64,000 nucleotides of DNA from Clostridia bacterium (GCA_002919235.1 PKEX01000028.1:2839-66838), one strand, 5' to 3'. Positions 36,951-46,733 are shown, counted from the first letter of the stretch. A program made the numbers and translations. Notes: generated from the sequence alone by a model not told the origin.

Positions 36951-37718
36951 ATGGAGATCGACGTCGTCTTCCGCTGGCCGGACCTCCTGCCGGAGGAGGC
37001 CGAAGGGCGGGTCGCCGTGGTCATCGACGTGCTGCGGGCCACCTCGATGATCGCGGCGCTGCTGGCGGCGGGGGCCAGGGAAGTATGGCCCGTGAAGGAA
37101 GTGGACGAGGCGAGACGCCTCGCCTCGGAGCTGGGCGGGGCGCTGCTCGCGGGCGAGCGGGGCGGCCTGCCCCCGGCCGGTTTTGACATGGGCAACTCGC
37201 CGCGGGAAGTGGACGCCAAGGTGCAGGGCAGGCCCGTGGTGCTGACGACCACCAACGGCACGTCGGCCATCCAGCGGGCCGCCCGGGCGGAGGCGCTGGT
37301 GACTGCGGCGTTCGTCAACGCCGGCGCCGTGGTGGCCTCGCTGTTGGCCACCGCACCGGAGCGGGTGCTCATCGTCTGCGCCGGGACCGAAGGCGCGTTT
37401 TCGCTGGACGACGCGCTTTGCGCCGGAGGGATCGTCGCGGGATTGGCCTCGGGAGCCGGCGAGGCTCCGGGCTGCAGCGGGGTCCGCTTGACGGACAGTG
37501 CCGTCGCGGCCCGGCTCCTGTACGAAAGCCAGCAGGACAAGCTCGCCGCGGCGATGCGCAGCTGCCGCCACGGGAGGCGCTTGGAGTCGCTGGGCATGGG
37601 CGGGGACATTGACTGGGCCGCCCGGGAGAGCGTCATCGACCTCGTGCCGGTGAGGGCGCCCGGGCAGGGGCAGAGCCGCCTGGTGGCGGCGCAGGCCGGG
37701 GCGCGGCTTTCGGCGTAA
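36951..37718 (+). CDS. comB: 2-phosphosulfolactate phosphatase family protein (ComB)
   Basis: VIDVLRATSMIAALLAAGA...GERGG...GFDMGNSPRE...TTTNGTSAI is typical of the ComB family. Confidence 0.8.
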   Translation: MEIDVVFRWPDLLPEEAEGRVAVVIDVLRATSMIAALLAAGAREVWPVKEVDEARRLASELGGALLAGERGGLPPAGFDMGNSPREVDAKVQGRPVVLTTTNGTSAIQRAARAEALVTAAFVNAGAVVASLLATAPERVLIVCAGTEGAFSLDDALCAGGIVAGLASGAGEAPGCSGVRLTDSAVAARLLYESQQDKLAAAMRSCRHGRRLESLGMGGDIDWAARESVIDLVPVRAPGQGQSRLVAAQAGARLSA

Positions 37719-37771
37719 ACGCTGGCCAGGGAGAAACGGGGACGAACCAAGCGAAGTAGGAGGCCGGTATC

Positions 37772-39595
37772 GTGAACAAACCGCTCAGCCTCACATGGGA
37801 TCTGGAGCCGTTCTTTCCCGGCGGCGTGGAAGGGGCGCCTTTTAAGCAACTGGTCCAGGAGATCCGGGCTGCCGCGGGCGAGGTGGGCCGCGGGCTGGAC
37901 CAGCTCCTAAGTGCGGAGGAAGGGCTGGCCGGGGCTTCGGGCGAGCCGCTCGAGCGGCTGGCGCAGGCCGTCGAGAAGCTGGTGGAGCTTTCCGCCAAGC
38001 TGCACGAGGCCGCCGCCTACACCGTGTGCGCGACGGCCCAGGACGTCGCCGACGAGAAGGCGCAGGCGGCCCGGGCTACCACCCGGGAGCTCGGGGCGGG
38101 GCTCAACCGCCTGTGGAAGCGGGTCGATGAGGCGTTCCTGGCCATGAGCGACGAAGACTGGCGGGCGTTCCTGGCCCTTCCCGGCATGATCGAGATCGCG
38201 TTCCCGCTGGACGAGCGCCGGCGGCTGGCACGGCGCGCCATGTCTCCCGACAAGGAGGCCCTCGCCGGGGACCTGGCCGTCGACGGCTACCACGCCTGGG
38301 GCGAAATGTACAACCGCATCAGCGGCGCGATGCGGGTGGAGGTGGAGGGGGAAGACGGCGTCCGCGCGCTTTCGGTGGCGCAGGCGCAGAACCAGTGGAG
38401 CCACCATCCCGACCGGGACGTGCGGCGCAAGACCTTCCTCCGCTACGAAGAAGCCTGGCAGCAGCAGGCGGGGTTTCTCGCCGAGTGCCTGAACCACATC
38501 GGGGGCTTTCGCCTGGCGCTCTACCGCAACCGCGGCTGGGACGACATCCTCTTCGAACCCCTGGCTGACAACCGCATGCGGCGGGAGACCTTGGAGGCCA
38601 TGTGGGACGCGGTGGCCGAGGGAGCCGGCGTCGCCGCCCGCTACCTGCGGCGCAAGGCGAAGGTGCTCGGCGCCGGGGCGCCGGCGTACTACGACGTGGA
38701 CGCGCCCGTGGGAGCGGCGGGGCGCTCCCTCGAGTATGACCGCGCGGCGGAGATGATCGTCGATACCTTTGACCGCTTCAGCCCCGCCATGGCCCGCCTG
38801 GCCCGGAAGGCGTTCGAAAACCGGTGGATCGAGGCGGAGGACCGCCCCGGAAAGCGGGCCGGCGGCTTTTGCACCCACTTCCCCTTGAGCCGGCAGTCCC
38901 GCATCTTCCTCACCTACGACAACTCGGCGGGGGGCGCCGCGACCCTCGCCCACGAGCTGGGGCACGCCTTTCACAACCTGGTCCTCAGCGAGCTGCCCTA
39001 CCCGCTGGCCCACGTGCCCATGGGCCTGGCCGAGACCGCCTCGACCCTGGCGGAGAAGCTGGTGACCGACGCCAGCAAGGAGATGGCCGGCAGCAGGGAA
39101 GAGCGGCTCGCCATCGTCGACGACGCGGCCAAGCGCGCCGTGGCGTTCTTGATGAACATCCGGGCCCGTTTCGAGTTTGAGCTGGCCTTTTACCGGGAAC
39201 GCCGCGCGGGCGCCGTCCCCCCGGACCGCCTTTCCGAGCTGATGCTCGAGGCGCAGAAAGAGGCGTATCTGGGGACGCTGGAAGTGTACCACCCGCTGCT
39301 CTGGGCGTCCAAGCTGCACTTTTACCTCACGGGCACGCCCTTTTACAACTTCCCCTACACCTTTGGGTACCTTTTTGGGCACGGCGTGCTGGACTGGGCG
39401 CTCGGCGAAGGGAAGGGGTTTGAAGAACGGTACATCCGGCTCCTTCGGGACACCGGCGCGATGACCGTGGAGGAGCTGGCCCGGCGCCACATGGGCGTCG
39501 ACCTCACCCAGCCCGACTTCTGGCGCCGGGCGGTGGCGGCGGCGGTCCAGGCAGCGGAAGAATTCCTGGAGCTCACGGAGGATCTGGAGGCGTAA
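37772..39595 (+). CDS. pepF: M3B oligoendopeptidase (PepF family)
   Basis: GTG at 37772 lies 8 nt after AGGAGG. The zincin motif HELGHAFH and a downstream E ligand region are present, and the ~607-aa length is typical of PepF/M3B. Confidence 0.85.
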   Translation: MNKPLSLTWDLEPFFPGGVEGAPFKQLVQEIRAAAGEVGRGLDQLLSAEEGLAGASGEPLERLAQAVEKLVELSAKLHEAAAYTVCATAQDVADEKAQAARATTRELGAGLNRLWKRVDEAFLAMSDEDWRAFLALPGMIEIAFPLDERRRLARRAMSPDKEALAGDLAVDGYHAWGEMYNRISGAMRVEVEGEDGVRALSVAQAQNQWSHHPDRDVRRKTFLRYEEAWQQQAGFLAECLNHIGGFRLALYRNRGWDDILFEPLADNRMRRETLEAMWDAVAEGAGVAARYLRRKAKVLGAGAPAYYDVDAPVGAAGRSLEYDRAAEMIVDTFDRFSPAMARLARKAFENRWIEAEDRPGKRAGGFCTHFPLSRQSRIFLTYDNSAGGAATLAHELGHAFHNLVLSELPYPLAHVPMGLAETASTLAEKLVTDASKEMAGSREERLAIVDDAAKRAVAFLMNIRARFEFELAFYRERRAGAVPPDRLSELMLEAQKEAYLGTLEVYHPLLWASKLHFYLTGTPFYNFPYTFGYLFGHGVLDWALGEGKGFEERYIRLLRDTGAMTVEELARRHMGVDLTQPDFWRRAVAAAVQAAEEFLELTEDLEA

Positions 39596-39601
39596 AGCTC
39601 T

Positions 39602-40966
39602 ATGCGCGTGATCGTCGTCGGGGCGGGCAAAGTCGGCTACGACATTGCCCGGCGCCTCTCCGAAGAGGGGCACGACGTGGTCCTCGTGGACAAGTTCGAC
39701 GAAAACTTGCGGGAGGCCGCGTCCCGCCTCGACATCATGACGCTGGACGGCAACGGCGCAAGCCCCGCCGTGCTGGAGCAGGCCGGGGTAGAGCGGGCCG
39801 ACATGCTCATCGCCGTCACCGACATCGACGAGGTGAACATGATCGCCTGCTTCACCGCGAAGCAGTACGGGGTGGGGATCTGCTGCGCCCGGGTGCGCGA
39901 CCCGGATTACACCGAGGCGTTTGCTCGCCGGTCCCACCGGCGGCTGGGCATCGACCGGGTGATCAACCCCGATCACCTGACGGCCCAGGAGATCGTCCGG
40001 CTCTTGGAGATGCCGGAGGCGACCTACGTCGAAACCTTCGCCGAGGGGCGGGTGACGCTGGCCCGGGTGCGGGTGGGAGAGAAGTCGCCCGCGGCGGGGC
40101 GCTCGCTGCGGGAGGCGGATTTCAGCGGCACCCTGGTCGCCGCCGTAGAGAGCGGTGAGAGGCTGTACATCCCCTACGGGGAAAGCGTCCTGCACGCCGG
40201 CGACTACGTCTACCTGCTGGGACAAAGCGGGGGCATGGCGGCCGTCGGAATGGTCGCGAGCCGCCAGCGCCCGCCGGCCAAGAACGTGGTCATCGTCGGC
40301 GGCGGCAACCTGGGCCTGCGGCTCGCGAAGATGCTGAGCGCGAAAGCCCGGCAGGGCGGGCACAAGGTGAAGCTGATCGAAGTGGACGCCGAACGCTGCA
40401 GCGAGCTGGCGGAGCTCTTGCCCAACGTGCTGGTGATCCACGGCGACGGCGAGCAGATCGACCTGCTCCGGGATGAGCTGGTGGGCGAAGGCGACGCCTT
40501 CATCGCCGTGACCGGCCACGACCACACCAACGTGCTGGCCACCATGGTCGCCAAGGAGCTGGGCGTCTCGCAGGCGATCACCAAGATCTCCCGGGAGGAC
40601 TACGCGCTGCTGGCCGAAAAGGCGGGGGCCGACGCGGTGGTGGTACCCCGGCTGATTTCGGCCGGCACCATCCTGCAGATGGTCCGGCGCAGCAGCAACC
40701 TGGTGAAGATCGCCGTCATTGAGGACGGGAAAGGGGAGGTCTTGGAGTTTGACGTCGGCGAAGAGGCTGAGGTGATCGGCCGGCGCCTCGCGGACCTGCC
40801 CCGCCTCGAAGGGGCGCTCATCGGCGCCATCCTGCGGGAGGAGAGCGTGATCATCCCCTCGGGGGAGTCGGTGATCCAGCAAGGCGACCGGGTGATCGTG
40901 GTCGCCCTGCCTGAAGCCGTACCCGCCGTGATGAGGAGGTTTGGCGCTTCAAGCCGCCGGGCATGA
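39602..40966 (+). CDS. trkA: Trk/Ktr potassium uptake regulatory subunit TrkA (two RCK/NAD-binding modules)
   Basis: Two Rossmann motifs (VVGAGKVGY and IVGGGNLGL) are each followed by a TrkA_C-like domain. Confidence 0.9.
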   Translation: MRVIVVGAGKVGYDIARRLSEEGHDVVLVDKFDENLREAASRLDIMTLDGNGASPAVLEQAGVERADMLIAVTDIDEVNMIACFTAKQYGVGICCARVRDPDYTEAFARRSHRRLGIDRVINPDHLTAQEIVRLLEMPEATYVETFAEGRVTLARVRVGEKSPAAGRSLREADFSGTLVAAVESGERLYIPYGESVLHAGDYVYLLGQSGGMAAVGMVASRQRPPAKNVVIVGGGNLGLRLAKMLSAKARQGGHKVKLIEVDAERCSELAELLPNVLVIHGDGEQIDLLRDELVGEGDAFIAVTGHDHTNVLATMVAKELGVSQAITKISREDYALLAEKAGADAVVVPRLISAGTILQMVRRSSNLVKIAVIEDGKGEVLEFDVGEEAEVIGRRLADLPRLEGALIGAILREESVIIPSGESVIQQGDRVIVVALPEAVPAVMRRFGASSRRA

Positions 40967-42480
40967 ACGCCGCCGCCGTCCGCTATCTCATCGGCAGCAT
41001 GATCGCCCTGGTCGGCGCCGCGATGGCGGCGCCTCTCGTGTTCGCGCTGGTGACCGGTGAAGGGGCGGGGGCCGGAACCGCCGCGGGTCCGGCCGCGGGC
41101 CTGGTTCCCGCAGGGATGGCCTGGGGGACTCCCGCCGCTTTCGCCGTGCCGATGGTCGTCGCGCTGGTGCTCGGCCTTCTCCTGCGCCGGGGTGCCCGGG
41201 AGCATCATGCCGACGAGATTGGCATTCACGAGGTGGTCATCGTCGTGGTGGGCGCCTGGTGCGCGGCGGCGCTGATCGGCGCCGCGCCGCTCTGGCTTTC
41301 CGGCGCCTTGCCCGACCCCGTGGACGCTTGGTTCGAGGCCGTCTCAGGCTTTACCACGACCAGCGCTACTGCCTTTTTTGACGTGGAGCGGCAGCCCCGC
41401 TCGATCCTGCTGTGGCGGTCCCTGCTCAACTGGCTGGGAGGCCTCGGGATCGTCGTCCTGTTCGTCAGCGTCTTTCCCCGGCTGGGCGTCGGGGGCAACC
41501 AGCTCTTTCGGACCGAGATGTCCAACGTGGCGGCGGAGAAGCTCCGCCCTCGCATCCGAGAGGCGGCCAAGGCCCTCTGGGGACTCTACACCGGGCTGAC
41601 GGCCGCCGCGGCGCTGCTGCTCTGGGCGGCGGGACTGCCACTCTTCGACGCTGCGCTTCACGCCCTGTCCACGGTCTCGACCGGCGGCTTTTCCACGCGG
41701 AATGCAGGGATCGGGGCCTTCGCGAACCCGCTGGCGGAGAGCGTCACCGCCGTCTTCATGTTCCTGGGCGCCACCAACTTCAGCCTGCTGTACCGGGCCG
41801 TGCGGCGGGGGGAGGTGGGAGCGCTGCTCCAAAGCCGGGAGTTCCGGGCGTACGTGGGCGTCACGCTGGGGGCGGCGCTCCTGGCGGCGGCGAACCTGTG
41901 GGGCACGGGGCTCCTGCCAACCGGGGAAGCGCTCCGGGTCGCGCTGTTCCAGGTGGTGTCCGTCATTTCGACGGCGGGCATCTCCGTGGCGGATCCTGAG
42001 GCGTGGCCCGCCGGCGCGGCTGCGGTGGTGTTTGCGTTGATGTTTGTCAGCGGCATGTCGGGCTCCACCGCCGGCGGGCCCAAGATGATCCGCATCCTCA
42101 TCGCCGCCAAGCACGGGTTTTACGGCCTGCTCAAGCTCCTTCACCCCAGATCGGTCACGCAGATGCGCCTCGGCGAGCTCAAGGTTCCCGACTCCCTGGT
42201 GATGGCGGTAGGGAGCTTTCTCTTTCTTTATTTGCTGGTCTTTCTCATCAGTTTCGTGGTCCTGTCCTTCGCCGGGATGGACATGGTGACGGCGGCCTCC
42301 ACTGCCATCGCCAGCCTGGGAAACACCGGCGCACCGTTGGGCCAGCTTGGACCCTACGGGAGCTACGCCGCCCTGCCGGCCTGGCTCAAGCTCTACCTCA
42401 GCGCCGTCATGCTGGTGGGACGGCTCGAGATTTACGGTGTGCTGCTCCTTTTCCTCCCCTCGTTTTGGTCGCGGAAGTAG
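40963..42480 (+). CDS. trkH: TrkH-family potassium transporter
   Basis: 505-aa polytopic membrane protein with selectivity-filter-like repeats (SGFTTTSAT, STGGFS, STAGIS, GNTGAPLG). It overlaps trkA by 4 nt. Confidence 0.9.
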   Translation: MNAAAVRYLIGSMIALVGAAMAAPLVFALVTGEGAGAGTAAGPAAGLVPAGMAWGTPAAFAVPMVVALVLGLLLRRGAREHHADEIGIHEVVIVVVGAWCAAALIGAAPLWLSGALPDPVDAWFEAVSGFTTTSATAFFDVERQPRSILLWRSLLNWLGGLGIVVLFVSVFPRLGVGGNQLFRTEMSNVAAEKLRPRIREAAKALWGLYTGLTAAAALLLWAAGLPLFDAALHALSTVSTGGFSTRNAGIGAFANPLAESVTAVFMFLGATNFSLLYRAVRRGEVGALLQSREFRAYVGVTLGAALLAAANLWGTGLLPTGEALRVALFQVVSVISTAGISVADPEAWPAGAAAVVFALMFVSGMSGSTAGGPKMIRILIAAKHGFYGLLKLLHPRSVTQMRLGELKVPDSLVMAVGSFLFLYLLVFLISFVVLSFAGMDMVTAASTAIASLGNTGAPLGQLGPYGSYAALPAWLKLYLSAVMLVGRLEIYGVLLLFLPSFWSRK

Positions 42481-42507
42481 GCGGCGCCGGATGAGCCGGA
42501 GCCCGGT

Positions 42508-42615
42508 TTCGTGAACGTCCCCACAATCCCGGCTTTGCCCAAAAGCGGGCACGCGACAAGGCTCAACTGCCCACCAATGGGCGCGCCTCGGCGCTGGCTT
42601 GCCCACCGGTGGGCA
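42508..42615 (+). repeat. modular intergenic repeat, copy C1
   Basis: Box CGTGA-acgtcc-CCACA spans 42510-42525. Units are TGCCC-aaaagc-GGGCA 42536-42551, TGCCC-accaat-GGGCG 42568-42583 and TGCCC-accggt-GGGCA 42600-42615. Centres are 32 bp apart. Confidence 0.85.
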
Positions 42616-42706
42616 CCGGCCGAAGGTTGCCGGATCCAGGCAAGAATTTCCGCTGACCGCGCGCCCCATCATCCCAGCTAGAAACGGTGCGCCCGCCGGG
42701 CCGAGC

Positions 42707-42813
42707 TTGTGATAGATACCGCGATCACCGCTCGGCTCACTCCCGGGCGTCGATCCGCGCATCCTCGCCCACAAATGGGCAGGTGTCGCTGTTCCGGTGC
42801 CCATTTTTGGGCA
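42707..42813 (+). repeat. modular intergenic repeat, copy C2
   Basis: Box TGTGA-tagata-CCGCG spans 42708-42723 (right half degenerate). Units are GGCTC-actccc-GGGCG 42734-42749 (degenerate), CGCCC-acaaat-GGGCA 42766-42781 and TGCCC-attttt-GGGCA 42798-42813. Every sub-feature lies exactly 198 bp after its C1 counterpart. Confidence 0.8.
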
Positions 42814-42901
42814 CGGCGAGGTCGTCCCGGGAACTGAGCCGGGAGGCTCACCGTCGAGGCGCTGCGTTTGCCCAGCTAACGACTTTCCCCAGCACGGGGT
42901 T

Positions 42902-43011
42902 TTGTGGTGAAAGTGATCGCGATCGCAGTTGGGCCCGTTCTTGGGGGTGTTTCGAAGGGTTCCTGCCCACTCGTGGGCAGACGGGCTCTTCCACGCGCCC
43001 ACTTTTGAGCA
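42902..43011 (+). repeat. modular intergenic repeat, copy C3
   Basis: TTTGTGGTGAAAGTGATCGCGATCGCAG carries the box GGTGA-aagtga-TCGCG at 42906-42921. Units are GGCCC-gttctt-GGGGG 42932-42947 (degenerate), TGCCC-actcgt-GGGCA 42964-42979 and CGCCC-actttt-GAGCA 42996-43011. It lies exactly 198 bp after C2. Confidence 0.8.
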
Positions 43012-43315
43012 GGTGGACCGCCGTGACGGGAACCCCGGGACGGGAACCCCGGGGCGGGACCCTTTGACGGGTGCGCCGGGCGCGCCAGGGAGCTTGAATT
43101 GAAGAATGGAAGGCGCCCGGCGCAGCAAAGCGCCTTGTCGCCAGCGGGGTGCGGACAGCGGGAGCGCCGAGGGCAGCGGCGCCGATGGTGAGGAGTGCAG
43201 CGGCGGTCGTTGACATTGCGTCCCGGCTTTGTGTATCGTCAAGGACACAGCCCGCAGTGGAGGCCGTCACCGGCGCGGCCCGCGGGCAGCGCTTGGAGCC
43301 GGGAGGGAGCCACCT

Positions 43316-44224
43316 GTGCACGAGGCTGAGTTCCAAAGGTTTCGCAGCCAGCTTTTTGCCCTCTACGACCAGAAAGCCTACGCGGAGGCGCTGGCCTTAA
43401 TTGACGAAAAGGGCGGGGCGTTCTCGGATTTCGAAAGCGACATCCTGTTTTGGCGCGCCTGCCTGGCCGGGCGTTTGGGCGATCGGGACGGGGCCCTCGC
43501 GGCGCTGCGGAAAGCAGCTGAGAGGGGCTACTGGTACCACGAACGCATGCTGCGGGATCCGGACCTCGACGGGATCCGCGACTCCGAGGAATTGGCCGAG
43601 CTGCAGAACGTGTTTCTCGAGCGGTACCAGCGGGCGCAGGCAGAGGCGAGACCCGACCGGCGGGTGTGGGAGCCCCGGGGCGCGGCGCGCGGCCTGCTGG
43701 TGGCGCTGCACGGTGGGAGCGGCAGTCTAGCCAGCGAGGGCGAGCTCTGGCGGCCGGCGGCGGAGTGGGGATGGCGGGTGGCGGTGCTCCAGTCGTCGCA
43801 GGTGCTTGCGCCCGGGCGGTTTCACTGGTCCGATCGGGGGAAAGCGCTGGAGGAGGTCCGCGCTCACCTGGCGGCGCTGGGTGCGGAAAGAAGTGCCGTC
43901 CTCGCCGGATTCTCGCAAGGAGCGGCCCTTGCGATTCGCTGGGCGCTGAGCCAAGAGGTTCCCGCCCAGGGGTTCCTGGCGGTGGCGCCCAGCTTTCGGA
44001 TGGAGCAGGTGGCGCCGCTGGTGGACGGCGCGCCGCGGGGCCTTAAGGGATATATCGTGATAGGCACTGGGGACTGGTGCTATGCGAGCGCCAAGGAGTT
44101 GGCGGCGGCGCTCGCCAAGGCCGGCCTGGCGTGCTTTGTGGAAGCCCGCGACGGCCTGGGGCACGACTACCCCCCTGCGTTCGAGGAGAGCCTGCGGCGA
44201 GGGTTGGAATTCCTGCAAGCCTAG
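43316..44224 (+). CDS. alpha/beta hydrolase (carboxylesterase/dienelactone-hydrolase-like) with a TPR-like helical N-terminus
   Basis: GTG at 43316 lies 7-8 nt after GGGAGGGA. The nucleophile elbow GFSQGA and a C-terminal GLGHDYP (His) region are present. The track start at 43229 is upstream in frame. Confidence 0.7.
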   Translation: MHEAEFQRFRSQLFALYDQKAYAEALALIDEKGGAFSDFESDILFWRACLAGRLGDRDGALAALRKAAERGYWYHERMLRDPDLDGIRDSEELAELQNVFLERYQRAQAEARPDRRVWEPRGAARGLLVALHGGSGSLASEGELWRPAAEWGWRVAVLQSSQVLAPGRFHWSDRGKALEEVRAHLAALGAERSAVLAGFSQGAALAIRWALSQEVPAQGFLAVAPSFRMEQVAPLVDGAPRGLKGYIVIGTGDWCYASAKELAAALAKAGLACFVEARDGLGHDYPPAFEESLRRGLEFLQA

Positions 44225-44384
44225 GTGGGAGCCAAGAGCGCAAAGACCGGTTGACGCCTGCGGGAAGAGAGTGGCCACGACGGGGGTCTCGCTGTTCAAG
44301 CCACCATGCCTCCGGAGGGTCCCCTCTCGTGGCCACCCGTCCTAAGCATCGCGCTCTTGGTGATTTTTGGCAAGACCTATTTTG

Positions 44385-44432
44385 AAACGAAATGAAACAA
44401 CCTCGCGCCGGCGCCAAGCGGCCGGCGCGAGG
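44385..44432 (-). terminator. intrinsic terminator downstream of hflC
   Basis: CCTCGCGCCGGC (44401-44412) pairs with GCCGGCGCGAGG (44421-44432). On the minus strand the stem is followed by TTGTTTCATTTCGTTT. Confidence 0.65.
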
Positions 44433-44511
44433 CTGCACTCGGGCACGGGGAGATCCGGTCAAACCCCGGGAACGCTCACCCGGGCTCAAGCCGGATTCGT
44501 CACCGCCGGGC

Positions 44512-45381
44512 TCACGGGCCCGCCGGGTGCTCGAGGTGGCGCAGGAGGGCGGAGTCGGATCCCAGGACCAGCGTGGTCTTGGACGGGATGATGTCCTGGT
44601 ACGCCTCCATGCGCCGCAGGAAGGCGTAGAAGTCGGGATCCCGGCTGTACGCTTCGGCGTAGATGCGGGTGGCGCGGGCGTCGCCTTCGCCCCGGATCCG
44701 CTCCGCCTGCTCGTATGCGGCGGCCAGGATGATCTCCCGCTCCTTGTCGGCGCTGGCTCGGATCTCCCGAGCCGCCTCTTCGCCCTCAGCGCGGTACCGC
44801 AGGGCGATGCGGTGCCGTTCGGCCTCCATCCGGGCGAAGACGCTCTCTTGCACCTCCGCCGGAAGGTCCAGGCGCTTGATGCGCACGTCCAGCACTTCGA
44901 TGCCGAACTGCCGGGCCAGCACCTCGGTTTCGTCGGTCACCGCCCGCATGATCTGCTCCCGCTGTTCCCGGATGACCTGGATGAACTCGTGCCGGGCGAT
45001 CTCCTCGCGCAGGCGCGAGCCGATGATCTGGTCCAGGCGGGCGAGCGCGCCGGCCTCCGTCCGTACGGTCTGGTAGAAGGTGAGGGGATCGACGATCCGC
45101 CAGCGGGCGATGTGGTCGACCACGAGCCGCTTCTTGTCCAGCGTGAGGTATTCGTCGGCCCTGCCGTCGGCCATCAGCACGCGGCTTTCGAAATAGTGCA
45201 CGGTCTGGAGGAACGGCAACCGGAAGTGGAGCCCGGGTTCCTTGATGGTGCGGATGTGCTCGCCGAACTGCAGCACGATGGCCTGCTGCCCTTCCTGCAC
45301 CACGAAGACCGACTGGAGCAGCAGCGCTGCGGCGATGACGACGATCAGCGCGGCGATGGGCCACACGGAGACGGGCTTCAC
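44512..45381 (-). CDS. hflC: SPFH/band-7 protease modulator HflC
   Basis: An N-terminal TM is followed by VVQEGQQAIVLQFGE...PGLHFRLPFLQTV and a coiled-coil C-terminus. It overlaps hflK by 4 nt. Confidence 0.85.
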   Translation of the reverse strand: MKPVSVWPIAALIVVIAAALLLQSVFVVQEGQQAIVLQFGEHIRTIKEPGLHFRLPFLQTVHYFESRVLMADGRADEYLTLDKKRLVVDHIARWRIVDPLTFYQTVRTEAGALARLDQIIGSRLREEIARHEFIQVIREQREQIMRAVTDETEVLARQFGIEVLDVRIKRLDLPAEVQESVFARMEAERHRIALRYRAEGEEAAREIRASADKEREIILAAAYEQAERIRGEGDARATRIYAEAYSRDPDFYAFLRRMEAYQDIIPSKTTLVLGSDSALLRHLEHPAGP

Positions 45382-46400
45382 CGGGCGTCACCCCCCGGCG
45401 CGGCGGGTGCCTGCGTGAAGTCGCTCAGCGGCAGCAGGGGCAGGATGTCCGTTCCGGACGAGAGGATCACCTTTTCGGCCTTAGGCAGGATCGCCTCCAT
45501 GGTCTCGAGGTAGATCCGGTCCCGGGTCACCTCGGGCGCGAGCTGGTATTCACCCAGCACCGCCAGGAAGCGGGCCGCCTCGCCCTGGGCCCTCAGCACC
45601 CGGCTCTCGGCGTAGGCTTCCGCTTCCCGGATGATCTGCTGCGCCTCGCCCCGGGCCCGCGGGATGACGTCCTCCCGGTAGCCCTGGGCCTCTTGGATCA
45701 TCCGCTCGCGGTCCTCCCAGGCCCGCACCACGTCGTGGAAGGCGTTGCGCACCTGGTCGGGAGCGTCGACGGCCAGCAGGCGGACTTCCGTCGCGAGAAG
45801 CCCCGTCTCGTATTCATCGAGGAGCGTCTGCAGGTACTGGGCCACCTGGGACTGCACTTCGACGCGGCCTTCGGTCATGGTGTGGTCGATGGTGTTGCGG
45901 CCCACCACGCTGCGGAGGGCGACCTCGGCGGCCGCCGCGAGCGTCGCCTCAGGATCCCGGGCCCGGAAGAGGTACTTGACCGGATCCTGCACGATGTACT
46001 GCACGAACAGCTGCACCTCGACGATGTTCTCATCGCCCGTCAGCATCAGCGCTTCCGCGGGAACCCGCTGCACCACCGTGTTGCCGGAGCGCTGGGTCAC
46101 CGTGCGGTAGCCGATCTCAGCGCTGCGCACGCTGCGGACGTCGACGATGTAATGCGTCTGGATCGGGCTGGGAAGGCGGTAGTTGAGGCCCGGCTGCGCG
46201 ATGGCCACGTGCCGGCCGAACTGGAGGACCACCCCCACCTCTCCCGGACCTACGACGTAGATCCCCGATGCCAGCCAAAGGATGAGCAGCACTGCGATGA
46301 TCGGGATCACGACGCGTTTCGACGTCCAGCGGGAGAGCCGTCGCCTCAGGTCTTCCATCGAGGGTTGAGGGCTGCTCCCGTACTGCTCAAACCCGAACAT
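45378..46400 (-). CDS. hflK: SPFH/band-7 protease modulator HflK
   Basis: The start is placed at ATG 46400 (MFGFEQYG...) with GGAGGG upstream. A TM is followed by IYVVGPGEVGVVLQFGRHV...PGLNYRLP. The track start at 46562 adds an implausible Arg/Ala/Pro-rich extension. Confidence 0.85.
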   Translation of the reverse strand: MFGFEQYGSSPQPSMEDLRRRLSRWTSKRVVIPIIAVLLILWLASGIYVVGPGEVGVVLQFGRHVAIAQPGLNYRLPSPIQTHYIVDVRSVRSAEIGYRTVTQRSGNTVVQRVPAEALMLTGDENIVEVQLFVQYIVQDPVKYLFRARDPEATLAAAAEVALRSVVGRNTIDHTMTEGRVEVQSQVAQYLQTLLDEYETGLLATEVRLLAVDAPDQVRNAFHDVVRAWEDRERMIQEAQGYREDVIPRARGEAQQIIREAEAYAESRVLRAQGEAARFLAVLGEYQLAPEVTRDRIYLETMEAILPKAEKVILSSGTDILPLLPLSDFTQAPAAPGGDAR

Positions 46401-46733
46401 GCCATCCCTCCGTTCTCTTGCGTGTAAGTGGGGCGCGGGGAAGTTCAACGCCAGCCATCGCGCAGGAACGAAGCGCGCACGGCGCGCGGGGAGCACGGCG
46501 ATCGATCCGGCCCCCGGGCGTGCGCCCACGGCCCGGGCCGGCGGCCGGCCGCCACCAGTCATCTCACGGCGGAGAAGTCCCCCGGGAAAGGATTAGGCGC
46601 GATGGCTGCCCGACCCTTTGCTGCGGGAGCGCCCGGGGAATGATTGGAATATTACTCGTGCGGATCTCGGCCGGGGAGCCCCTGAGCCCCGGGGCCCGCC
46701 CGGCCCGGCGCGGCGCCGGTCCTTGCGGGGCGC

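Noticed and set aside
37907-40882. A 991-aa minus-strand ORF spans pepF and trkA.
   Set aside because: It is antisense to two well-supported genes. Its low-complexity composition (G/R/P/A/H/L) shows no domain signature.
42536-43011. I considered a CRISPR-array interpretation of the regularly spaced palindromes.
   Set aside because: The repeats are only 16 bp with 16-bp gaps, three per copy. The spacers are not unique-sequence protospacer-like units of 30+ bp. No cas genes or leader are present, and the same three-unit block recurs at unlinked loci.
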